28,532 nt of DNA from Pseudobdellovibrionaceae bacterium (lineage in GTDB: Bacteria; Bdellovibrionota; Bdellovibrionia; Bdellovibrionales; Bdellovibrionaceae), in assembly GCA_031386315.1 (NCBI GenBank), contig JANNCH010000609.1:1-28532 (forward strand), given 5' to 3'. A program made the position numbers and the translations under genes. Each line of letters begins with the position of its first letter. The first letter of the stretch is position 1. Shown here in pieces: positions 16,249 through 25,144 of this stretch. The notes under the pieces were generated by a model that was given only the letters and a program-made list of their open reading frames with translations, made no database searches and had not been told where the DNA came from.

Positions 16249-18801
16249 ATGATTCGTATTGGTCTGACTCTTATTTTTGCCTTGTTTGCCGGCGCTTGTG
16301 CCCCGAAGGTACAACCTCGTCATTTCGAGAATCCGCAGACTAGCTTTGGCCCCCGCGCCGATGACACAGACCTGCGTGAAGGCCTTCAACAATCCAGTTC
16401 TTTAGATGCGAACGTTGGATGGGAAGGCGATCTATCGACTGCGGTTTTTATGCGCCAAGCAGAAAACATGATGAAATTAGGACATCTGACACAGAAGCCA
16501 GAAATCACTAAAAAAGGCATGGACTGGGTCCAAAAATTCTATGCCACATCAAAATCAACTAGCATGATTTTACTTGCAGATTCACCTTACCTAACGGCTG
16601 CGACAACGACTTCTAAAAAAGATGTTAGCGATGCCTTGAGTGATATTCGGTTTGATTTAGAAAAATCAAAAGATGTCTTAAGGGAAGGGGTTCGCAAAGT
16701 TTCTCGTAACTTTGATTGGCCACGTCATCCCCAGCGCTTAGGTAGCACACTACAAACAGTTGAAAACTTTTTGAATGCTTTCTTAAAAGAACTACCGAAA
16801 CTGAATTTGCCAGAGCTGATTTCAAAAAGCATTGCAACAGCAATAAAAAAACGCGCGCAGCAGCCCTTATCTGAGGCCAAAGAATTTGTTCCAAAGCTTT
16901 ATTCAGCTAAAACTTTGTCTGCAACTTTAAAAATCATCAATCGCGCCATTGATAGTTTTAACATGAGCCTTCCATCTGAAACACGCAAGATGTTGGCAGA
17001 GTCTAAAAAATTGAGTGACGAGCTAGATTCCGCTTACAACGAGCAGGCCGTGCTCACCGCTTTAATCACAATTTGGAGAATGCTAGAGCCACAAGAGCGC
17101 CTCGAACAATTCAAGCCCACTAGCGATGCGCTTTATACATTTTTAAAGGAACAAAGCGAAGCTGAGCTTAGTTGCTTGGCAACGCCAGGATGCCTAGGTG
17201 GTCCAATTGATGGGATTAAGAAAAAATTATTTGTACTACCACAAATAAAAAAATACGGTGTCGACAATATTCGTAACCAGCTTAACGCGAGCACTGTGAA
17301 GTATGCCCTTGAAACCATCGAAAGCAATGCAGCCGACACAGTCAAAGATTTGCCAAGTCTGCTGACTGAAAACCTCAAAGACGGCATCACAGAGCAAAGC
17401 TCACAGATTAAAAAAATTCAAAAAGACTACACTAGTTTCTTAAGAGATCTTTTGAAAATCTGGGCTGCAAAAAAAATTCCTGAAACAAAGGGACAGATTG
17501 CAGGATTTGAAAATCCACGCGTGAATGTCTCTTTAAGCGAAAAATCTGGTTTTTCAATCAAAGCCACTGGTGATTTGTCCCAAGTTTCAAACGAAACAAC
17601 AGGCGCCTCATTTGCAGCGCTCAGCACTCTGTTTGCACAAGACTCAGTAGATGATAAATTTGTGTTCAAAAGCTCACTCAGTCAAATTAACAAAATGTTA
17701 GCTTTGGGTGGCTATAGAACAGAAGACAATAATTTAGTGCCGGCATTTTTTGCACCGATGAAGGATTTAAAAAATCAGTTGGATCTAATGACCTTTGCAA
17801 GCGAGACAGAATCATTTGCTGCGACCGATATCGTAAGCGTAAAGACTCCGTTTCGCATCAGTGATAGTTCTTCAGAAAAAAATTATTCTGTAGCCGCTAT
17901 GACAGAACAAATACGTGGGCTTAGCTCTATGCTTAACTATATGAGTGATTGGAAGAAATCAAAATACAACGACACATTAGGCAGTATCAAAGCAAATGAA
18001 GTAGCAAATACAGACGCCGAAGAGCTCGATCGCTCGATCTTTCCGAAAGAGGCATTTTTTGCTTTAAACATTGCCGATGTTTCTGTCTTGCTTAAAAATA
18101 TCACCAAAGAATTTTCAAATGTATTCTTGCTCAATACCAGAGGTAAAATGGCTTGGGCTAGTGACTATGATTTTGGCGGCGCCGACCAGGCTATCATGGC
18201 TGGCGTCGTAGACATTAAAGACAATAAGCGTGGCGAAGCAGTTCGTGGCGACCATGTTTCTCGCTTGCTCATCGCAGTGGCTGAATTCGTACGTGCCACA
18301 GAAAATATTGAACAAACACAGTCGGCCTATCTTTTAGCCGCAGATCAAGATGGCGTTACACCTATTGATCTGCTTAAAAAAGGGCGTGATGATTTACGCA
18401 TGCTCACTGTCGCGCTAGCAAATTTTATCTCGCATCAGATGATCAACAAAGTGGGGTTGGTTTCTTCAACCTATAGAATTGGCAGCGGCGTGCCAGATGA
18501 AAATGCCAGTGTTCTTAATCAAGCCTTAGCTATTCGTGCTTTGATAGCTGCTCGCAGTATCACGAATTTAGATATTTATATCTGGTCTGCACAAGAGATC
18601 TATTTTGCGATGAATAAACATTTGTTTTCGCAAAAAGAGCGTTTCTATAACAATAAAGACACTACCAACATGGGTTTTCCAGAAAAGCTGACAACTCTTG
18701 TTGCTCTGGCTGAATTGTATCCGTATTTGCCATCAAAAAGTCAGATGCAGCTAGATCTTATTCTGAAGCCATGGTTGAAAGCCCTGTCTGAAATCCCTTA
18801 G
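16249..18801 (+). CDS. Large helical lipoprotein, hypothetical (850 aa)
   Basis: Lipobox-like FAGA|C, long ORF 9 nt after the previous stop, SD AAGGA. Confidence 0.85.
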   Translation: MIRIGLTLIFALFAGACAPKVQPRHFENPQTSFGPRADDTDLREGLQQSSSLDANVGWEGDLSTAVFMRQAENMMKLGHLTQKPEITKKGMDWVQKFYATSKSTSMILLADSPYLTAATTTSKKDVSDALSDIRFDLEKSKDVLREGVRKVSRNFDWPRHPQRLGSTLQTVENFLNAFLKELPKLNLPELISKSIATAIKKRAQQPLSEAKEFVPKLYSAKTLSATLKIINRAIDSFNMSLPSETRKMLAESKKLSDELDSAYNEQAVLTALITIWRMLEPQERLEQFKPTSDALYTFLKEQSEAELSCLATPGCLGGPIDGIKKKLFVLPQIKKYGVDNIRNQLNASTVKYALETIESNAADTVKDLPSLLTENLKDGITEQSSQIKKIQKDYTSFLRDLLKIWAAKKIPETKGQIAGFENPRVNVSLSEKSGFSIKATGDLSQVSNETTGASFAALSTLFAQDSVDDKFVFKSSLSQINKMLALGGYRTEDNNLVPAFFAPMKDLKNQLDLMTFASETESFAATDIVSVKTPFRISDSSSEKNYSVAAMTEQIRGLSSMLNYMSDWKKSKYNDTLGSIKANEVANTDAEELDRSIFPKEAFFALNIADVSVLLKNITKEFSNVFLLNTRGKMAWASDYDFGGADQAIMAGVVDIKDNKRGEAVRGDHVSRLLIAVAEFVRATENIEQTQSAYLLAADQDGVTPIDLLKKGRDDLRMLTVALANFISHQMINKVGLVSSTYRIGSGVPDENASVLNQALAIRALIAARSITNLDIYIWSAQEIYFAMNKHLFSQKERFYNNKDTTNMGFPEKLTTLVALAELYPYLPSKSQMQLDLILKPWLKALSEIP

Positions 18802-18820
18802 TAAACCGCTTGCTGGTTAC

Positions 18821-19885
18821 TTACGGCTGCTGTTGCGAACACGAGTAGCCTGGATACAGAAAACTATCTTCATCTAACTCTAGGGTTGCTGCCACATCAC
18901 GGCTTCCACTGTAACGGCTTTTGTAAACCTTCGATAGATTCACCAAGCAAGAATTCAAATCTTGCAAACGTGTGATCTCGAACTTGCCTTCGGATTCTTT
19001 GAACGACAGATACAGATACGACGGGTCTGAATGATTATTTATCTTACGATTGATTTTGCCGGATGAATCTACCTTCACACCGAATGGCAACAAGGGGTCT
19101 TTGTTCAAACCAAAAAACACTAAGTTATTGGCTTGCTTGCTTTGCACGCTGATTTCTTTTATCCAATAGTCGATCTGTGCAAAATTTGGATTGCCTGAGA
19201 TCTCATCATCTAATTTATTGAGCACGCTGAAAATTGCAGACTCACCGGCAGTGCTCACATCATATATCTGTTTTTGCGTCACCTTAAGTATCGCCATGCG
19301 ATCTGCTAGGTAAAGTAAGAATTTTTTATTAAAGTTGAAGCGCTCTAGAGAAGGCTTGTCTGGAGCGTTTGCCAATGCACTCACAGCCTTTTCTTTTGTC
19401 GGCCAGTCGAATGTTGTAACTTCTAAGTTACCATTCATATAGTCCACATTAGAGCGCGCGCAGTCAACTGAAGTCATCGGAGTGATTTTTTCAAACGTAT
19501 TCCGCTTCGAATACTGTACAACTAAACGGGCCATCCCGTCGGAATCCCTATCAACACTCACCTTCGCCGAATCCCCGCGGGAAACTTCAATCACATGAAT
19601 TTTGCCATAAAGTACCGGGTATTGATCAAAGCCTTCCAATATCGAAAATATTTTGTTCGCCCAAATCGGATCTTCTGATTTTCGACAAGTCCCCACTTGC
19701 TGAGTTGGAACATCACGCAAAACAGAATCACTGACTAAAAATAAAACTCCATTATCAGCAGCTTGTCGCAAATATCTCACACGTTCTGCATTGGGCCCAG
19801 AGTTCGCAACTTCACGAGATTGCTTAGTCGTGCACGAAATAAAAACCGTCAGCGATAGCGTCACCAAAACCAAATAGACTCTCAT
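18821..19885 (-). CDS. Hypothetical lipoprotein
   Basis: MRVYLVLVTLSLTVFIS|C lipobox. Start moved to ATG 19885 (SD GGAGGGG). Confidence 0.85.
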   Translation of the reverse strand: MRVYLVLVTLSLTVFISCTTKQSREVANSGPNAERVRYLRQAADNGVLFLVSDSVLRDVPTQQVGTCRKSEDPIWANKIFSILEGFDQYPVLYGKIHVIEVSRGDSAKVSVDRDSDGMARLVVQYSKRNTFEKITPMTSVDCARSNVDYMNGNLEVTTFDWPTKEKAVSALANAPDKPSLERFNFNKKFLLYLADRMAILKVTQKQIYDVSTAGESAIFSVLNKLDDEISGNPNFAQIDYWIKEISVQSKQANNLVFFGLNKDPLLPFGVKVDSSGKINRKINNHSDPSYLYLSFKESEGKFEITRLQDLNSCLVNLSKVYKSRYSGSRDVAATLELDEDSFLYPGYSCSQQQP

Positions 19886-20030
19886 AGCCCCTCCGCAATC
19901 AGTATACAGCTCCACAGCCAGGTGCCAGGTCCTGTTTCTGTACGCGGCGCAAAATCCGAGACGATTCTGCGCAAACCTAGACTAAGGCCGCAGCCACGTG
20001 CTACAAAATCTGTTCGTTGAAAACTAAAAC

Positions 20031-20121
20031 GGAGGGTTGGCCGAGTGGCTGAAGGCGCTCGCTTGGAAAGCGAGTTTACACCAAAAGTGTAACGTGAGTT
20101 CGAATCTCATGCCCTCCGCCA
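20031..20121 (+). tRNA. tRNA-Ser (anticodon GGA)
   Basis: Acceptor GGAGGGT/GCCCTCC, anticodon stem CTCGC-TTGGAAA-GCGAG, long variable arm TTACAC/GTGTAA, GTTCGAATC T-loop and encoded CCA. Confidence 0.97.
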
Positions 20122-21440
20122 AGTCCTTCGTTTATATCGCGTATAAATAATAGGTTAGGTTTTTGTGAGCGATCCAACCTACATTTGTACCTACAACAAA
20201 GAAAATGGTCAGCGTCACCTATCGATAACTGGCAATTTGCCGAAGCCTAGCTCTTGCAAATGAAGTCTAAGCTAGCCCATCGCAATCTCACTATATTTGA
20301 TTTCTAAGCAAAAAGAACTGACTTGCTTTTATAGTCTTTCGCCAACTGAACAAGATTCAAATATGATCCCTTGGGTTGGGTCACAACAGGATATGTTGAG
20401 TAAACTAATTTTATGAACTCGTCGAATCTTAGGGACTTAGTCTCTTGTAAAACATGTTTTGCCACTTCAAGCTCGATTGGATCTAACTTGAATGGGTGTC
20501 CAGCATTCTTCAACGAGATAATTTCTTTTTCACTTCCGAAGGCATTCAATGTCTTTTCGATATGAAAATTATTCGTTTGGGTCAATTCGACAACCACGTC
20601 TGTAGGGGGCGGAGTTAAAAGGGGCCATTTTCGCCGGTGGGCCGGCCCCATGGGGACCACTCGATAACAAGTCTAACCCCTAACCATCTGGTTCAAAAAT
20701 TATGACAATAAATTTTCAACGCGCTAGTGAAGGCATACGTGGCTCTGCAGAGCGATAGCCTGTGAATGCTTACACCTGCGCCTAGAGAGTCCCTTTGTAG
20801 TTAGTCCGGCACATGCTTGCACACAAAAAGTTCCGCACAATACAAGCCAGGTAAGTTCTGGATTAGAATAACAATCATCGTTTGAAAGAAAAGAATAAAT
20901 ATGGATTTTTCATCTTCTCAAGAAAACCCCGGAGGGCTTTGTCACGAGAAATAATTTATATAATCTCAATTGAAAAAACTTTGGTCCCTTTTACTGCGGC
21001 TTTAAGCACTGGTCCATGGGACCGGCTCACTGACGTTTTTGGTCCTATTTATATCCGACGCCTACATCTATACTGTGGGCTTTTCATCCTGTGTGAACAC
21101 AAAAATACATTTTGAAAACGCAGGCCTCGTCACCCGTCAAACATCGCACTTCTTTGGGTGCGCGACAGGCATATCAGGCCATAAGCTTCTAAACAAAACA
21201 GACCTATAATTTCCTTTTGGCAGCACCTTCCAAGGCAGTCTCAGCTTCAATACAAATGTAGGCTCAGCTGTGGTATCATTGAGCTGTACGGCCACAGAAA
21301 CCCCTTCTCTTTAAGCCAACGCCTGTGCGCGCTCGAAGCGTGTAAGGTCAGGTCTAGAATCAATCTTAGAAGCAAGGTCTAGGGTCAATTTCCTTTTTTT
21401 TAAAAACTAAACGGCTTATCGTTAAATGTAGGTAAAAAGG
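20122..21440. mobile_element. Decayed tRNA-adjacent island remnant
   Basis: No intact recognisable gene, a truncated Panacea-like fragment, a repeated CCTACAT motif, and position directly 3' of a tRNA. Confidence 0.45.
20304..20630 (-). pseudogene. C-terminal fragment of a Panacea (DUF4065/SocA-like) antitoxin-domain protein
   Basis: FDEFIKLVYSTYPV.TQPKGS.LNLV.LA.DYK C-terminus. A degraded FNHYGPY-like motif (FNSAPY) sits in another frame near 20605-20625, and the N-terminal half is missing. Confidence 0.5.
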
Positions 21441-21451
21441 AGATTTCAACC

Positions 21452-22252
21452 ATGAAACTGAGTTTAGTTTTATTGTTATTCGTATTTTCTATCGGCTGTG
21501 CGCACAAAGCAGAAGCTCCTGCCGAAGCACCAGCCGAACCAAATAGCGAAGTCAGCCGCATTCCCGCTGAAAAAGTGTACTCAGAAAATGATCCAGAGAT
21601 GAAATCCGGTCAATTGACTGTTTGGTCTTTGCAGCAAATGGCTGAAGCCAAAAAATTCACCGAACTCAATAAATTATTTAATAACGGTCGATCTATGAAT
21701 AGCCTACCAACTGGATACTCTGCAGGTGCGGGCGCCCGTGTGCTTGCATTACCTGGCGCTGCTGGACGTGCCATTGATGGGCTAACCGGCAGCAAATGGA
21801 AAGGAAAATATTTTTTTCCAACTGGACGACATGAAAGTCATGGTCTGAATCGTATCAAAAAGTCACTTACTCTTCCACTCATGCCAGTTGTTTTGATGGC
21901 TAACTTCAGCACTCAACTTGTTAGCAGTCACTCGCTGGTGCCAGATGCAAAGTCGAATATGGTCACGCTTAATTACGCAAACCCTGTAACTCACAATTAC
22001 CCGCTTGAATTACTTTTAAAGGGTATTCAAGTCTATGATTTAATGGTTGCCGTACCAGGCAAATATGGCCCCGTTTACATCGGCAAAACTTGGATTGGTG
22101 ACTACAAAAGCAATGGCAATTTTTCAGCTACCAACAAAAACCAACTAGTGGCTTGGTTCTTTCTGGACTTCAATGACGAGGCCTTCAAAGAGCAAGCGCG
22201 TAATCACTGGGATGGTTCAAAAGAGTACTACATTAATGGCCAGACAAATTAA
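21452..22252 (+). CDS. Hypothetical lipoprotein (266 aa)
   Basis: SD AAGGAG, lipobox SIG|C, EAPAEAPAEP linker and a beta-rich domain (WKGK.F, LNY, VYD....VPG...YIGK). Confidence 0.88.
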   Translation: MKLSLVLLLFVFSIGCAHKAEAPAEAPAEPNSEVSRIPAEKVYSENDPEMKSGQLTVWSLQQMAEAKKFTELNKLFNNGRSMNSLPTGYSAGAGARVLALPGAAGRAIDGLTGSKWKGKYFFPTGRHESHGLNRIKKSLTLPLMPVVLMANFSTQLVSSHSLVPDAKSNMVTLNYANPVTHNYPLELLLKGIQVYDLMVAVPGKYGPVYIGKTWIGDYKSNGNFSATNKNQLVAWFFLDFNDEAFKEQARNHWDGSKEYYINGQTN

Positions 22253-22271
22253 TGTAGTAGCTGAACAGCGC

Positions 22272-22298
22272 AAGGGGTCTTCAAAGTGGAAGACCCTT
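22272..22298 (+). terminator. Hairpin after the lipoprotein gene (terminator or IS end)
   Basis: AAGGGGTCTTC-N6-GAAGACCCTT; no clear U-tract. Confidence 0.45.
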
Positions 22299-22349
22299 GA
22301 TTAAACAACTACAAAATCACATTCTTAGCTCATCATTTTTTGTATCTTG

Positions 22350-22700
22350 CGCTACCAATGAAACTGAAATCTCAGTTTCCAAAAAGAAGTTTTTGCTTTT
22401 TAGCAAATAATTTATTCGGCCGTTGACCCCTTTGTTCGTATGATGAAGGAGAGACAGTGTCATTTTGTTATCACTGCGAAGCCCGAACGAAACAAAGAAC
22501 TCTTTTTTATGTACAATTATGTCCATGCAAAAAAAGCAGAGACTTGAATATGTGGACTCTGCTGGAAGTATCCATAGATACTGTTGGTCTAACGGACTAC
22601 CTCTGAAAAACTACAACAAATCAGAAACACCAACTGAAGTGAACTTACTTGAATACGAAGAAATTAACTCCGATGGAGGACTCACAGTACATGAGCTCGC
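22350..22700 (+). pseudogene. Frameshifted DDE transposase remnant (ISNCY/IS4-like)
   Basis: Fragments NLFG../PFVRMMKERQCHFVITAKP and IHRYCWSNGLPL...VNLLEYEE in different frames resemble the ...F.LGAKPGDH...HRF.W.N..PLN....VN.LEY.E transposase segment. Confidence 0.5.
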
Positions 22701-22708
22701 CCTTTTTT

Positions 22709-23101
22709 TTACTTACGTTTAAAAAGTGATTTGATCGCCGTAGCGTAAGGCTGTGCGAAAAAAGATAAATACACTGTTAATAGGCTCAGAATAATCGCAA
22801 GCGGCAGTTCACTTGGCGCCATAAAAGCATGAACTAAAAAAATATTCAGTACGATTGGTGCTAAAACAACCAAAGACAATGGCACAAAGGCATTAATCAA
22901 TAGTAGTAGACCACAGACCGTTTCAGTTAATTTTAAAAATGGCATAAAATAGCCGGTTGCAGCTAAGCCAGAGTTAAAAGTGACAAGGCGCTCTGGCAAG
23001 TCGGGCGGCACTGGAACAAGATTAAAAAGTCCTGCCAAGCCTGAGGCAAAAAAAACGAATCCAAGCAATATACGAGCGATCATAGGTAGTTTTGATTTCA
23101 T
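22709..23101 (-). CDS. DoxX family membrane protein
   Basis: ARILLG.VFF.SG, P.LK..E..CGLLLL and ..LAPI.LNI...H motifs; SD AAGGAG. Confidence 0.9.
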   Translation of the reverse strand: MKSKLPMIARILLGFVFFASGLAGLFNLVPVPPDLPERLVTFNSGLAATGYFMPFLKLTETVCGLLLLINAFVPLSLVVLAPIVLNIFLVHAFMAPSELPLAIILSLLTVYLSFFAQPYATAIKSLFKRK

Positions 23102-23119
23102 TAAGATCTCCTTTTAAAC

Positions 23120-23163
23120 ATCCCATACTAAATATGCCAGAGCGGCAAGTAAAAGTATGGGAT
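23120..23163. promoter_or_regulatory. Inverted repeat just upstream of the doxX SD
   Basis: ATCCCATACT-N24-AGTATGGGAT with inner TGCC/GGCA. Confidence 0.5.
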
Positions 23164-23268
23164 ACGAGATCTCAACGAACAGGCCTTACCCTCGTTTAAT
23201 TTTGCGCACTCAATGCTTTGTCCAGCCATTGAATTAAAAATACAAGCCCTCTTTTTCTGCATCCATGG

Positions 23269-24501
23269 CTACTTCCGTTTGCGTTTTGACCCTTTGGCTA
23301 GTCTCTCTTCATTTGCGATCATCTCTTGAATACTTATGTCCAAATCTGGGGGTTCGACGATCATTTCGTAGTCCGATTTACTGACTTTTATGACATCAAT
23401 TTTTTTAGTGAGCACTCTTTGGATTTCTTCGAGCAAAGGTTTTTCTTCCTGCGCGCAGAAGGCCACTGCAATGCCCTTATTAAAACCACGACCTGTTCGT
23501 CCAATGCGATGAACATAATTTTCAGGTTTTTCAGGTAAATCATAGTTAATGACATGTGTGACATCTGGGATATCAATTCCCCGAGCACTCAGATCAGTCG
23601 CAATCAAAATTTTGCAAGTACCACTGCGGAAGGCCTTCATAACCTCAGCACGGTCACCCTGGTCTTTCTCACCGTGGATAGTCAAAGTTTGAATATCCAC
23701 TCGGGCCATGGCCTTAGCCACGCGCTCTGCACGCACACGAGTACGTACGAATATAATAAATTTACCCTCTGCGTTTTGCTTAATGTATTCAGCTAAAAAG
23801 AAACGTTTATCATCCATTTCGACGAACATTACAAAGTGGGTCACATTTTTTGAAACAGGATCATCCGGAGAAATCTGGATACGAATCGCACTACTGCGAA
23901 CTTGTGAGTAGGCAAGTTTTTTGATCTCAGGATTAATAGTCGCCGAAAAAAACAATGTCTGGTGCGGACGTGTGAGCTTGCGTTTGATAGACTCGATGTC
24001 ATCAATAAAGCCCAGGTCCAACATATGATCGGCTTCATCCAAAACCAATGTTTCAATATTATATAAATCCACAAAGCCCTGGCTGATCAAATCGAACATT
24101 CGCCCAGGCGTGGTAATTAAAATATCTATACCGTCTTGAAGCTTTTTAATTTGGGCATCTTGCTCGACACCACCGAATAGTGCAAAGGGCTTAACCTTGG
24201 TATGTTTTGCCAACGAATTGAAGACTTCGCCAATTTGCTGAGCTAACTCACGGGTTGGAACCATAACTAAGCACTTGATACCCAAAGTACGCTTACTATT
24301 TTTATCGGCGTGGATGCCATTAATAATCGGTATGGCGAAGGCTGCTGTTTTACCAGTACCGGTTTGGGCAATGGCTAGCACATCTTCACCCTTTAAAATC
24401 GATGGAATGGCTTTAAACTGAATGTCTGTCGTGCGAAAAAAGCCGAGGGCAGTTAGATTGCGCAGTAGGTCCTCAGACAGATGGAACTTCTCGAATTTCA
24501 A
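23269..24501 (-). CDS. DEAD-box RNA helicase, RhlE-like
   Basis: Q motif, AQTGTGKT, PTRELA, TPGR, DEAD, SAT, ARGID and HRIGRTGR. Start moved to TTG 24501 (SD GAGG). Confidence 0.95.
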   Translation of the reverse strand: MKFEKFHLSEDLLRNLTALGFFRTTDIQFKAIPSILKGEDVLAIAQTGTGKTAAFAIPIINGIHADKNSKRTLGIKCLVMVPTRELAQQIGEVFNSLAKHTKVKPFALFGGVEQDAQIKKLQDGIDILITTPGRMFDLISQGFVDLYNIETLVLDEADHMLDLGFIDDIESIKRKLTRPHQTLFFSATINPEIKKLAYSQVRSSAIRIQISPDDPVSKNVTHFVMFVEMDDKRFFLAEYIKQNAEGKFIIFVRTRVRAERVAKAMARVDIQTLTIHGEKDQGDRAEVMKAFRSGTCKILIATDLSARGIDIPDVTHVINYDLPEKPENYVHRIGRTGRGFNKGIAVAFCAQEEKPLLEEIQRVLTKKIDVIKVSKSDYEMIVEPPDLDISIQEMIANEERLAKGSKRKRK

Positions 24502-24637
24502 AGAAAACCTCACAGGCAAAAACAAAGTTTGGAGGCTAGCACTTACCATGCAAGCCTCACTGCTGGAACTATAATGTTATAAATCCCGAAAACCCTGTGA
24601 TTACTGCATGGTAGTCGCTGCCAGCACCCCCTTATTT

Positions 24638-24964
24638 TTAGCCTAGTAGGGCCTCAATTTTACGAAGTGCAGACTCAGGGCTCTTAGCTTCGAGTATTTC
24701 CTGTATACGAGCGGTTCCCACATCGATAGTTGCCTTCTCTTCTTTCGAATAGGTATCAATCTGAAAAACCCCCTGATTTAGCTGTTCTATTGTTAGTTCT
24801 TTCCGAGAGGCATTCGATAACCCCAGTAGGTAGCCTGCAGTCATTGAAAATTCGTAAGGATTTGCGATGTTTTCAACTTTATAGATCAATTTTTCAATTT
24901 TTTCAGATTTTGTGTTAGCAAATCTACTTCGTAAAGAAGTGGCAATGGATACCCGTGGTCCCAC
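24638..24964 (-). CDS. Small hypothetical protein, start uncertain
   Basis: 108-aa ORF with normal composition. The in-frame upstream stretch TRIALFLLF looks like a signal peptide but has no start codon. Confidence 0.55.
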   Translation of the reverse strand: MGPRVSIATSLRSRFANTKSEKIEKLIYKVENIANPYEFSMTAGYLLGLSNASRKELTIEQLNQGVFQIDTYSKEEKATIDVGTARIQEILEAKSPESALRKIEALLG

Positions 24965-24990
24965 AAAAAGAAGAAAGAGCGCGATCCTTG

Positions 24991-25003
24991 TCTCAAAATG
25001 AGA
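24991..25003. promoter_or_regulatory. Palindromic motif TCTCA-N3-TGAGA (copy 3)
   Basis: TCTCAAAATGAGA between divergent genes. Confidence 0.4.
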
Positions 25004-25092
25004 TCACGCTTTTTGTCTGCTAGCAAATTTGCGCCTTTTCAAAGACTTATGATCAAAAATGAAACTTAATCGAGAATACGTTTATCCTCAGC

Positions 25093-25108
25093 CGGCATGG
25101 GCATTGCT
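25093..25108 (+). promoter_or_regulatory. sigma54-like promoter
   Basis: CGGCAT-GGGCA-TTGCT with the correct 12-nt offset (25094/25106). Confidence 0.55.
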
Positions 25109-25144
25109 TGACATAATGCTATCAATATTAATAAGGAGCCCCTT

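Noticed and set aside
19917-19932. GCCAGGT tandem heptamer
   Set aside because: Only two units; too short to call a repeat or promoter.
20646-20660. CCCATGGGGACCA as a duplicated tRNA 3' end (att site)
   Set aside because: It does not match the tRNA-Ser 3' end (GCCCTCCGCCA), and no T-loop precedes it.
21150-21390. Minus-strand reading MTLDLASKID...ALA*REGVSV... with one internal stop
   Set aside because: Possible pseudogene but no recognisable family; not supportable.
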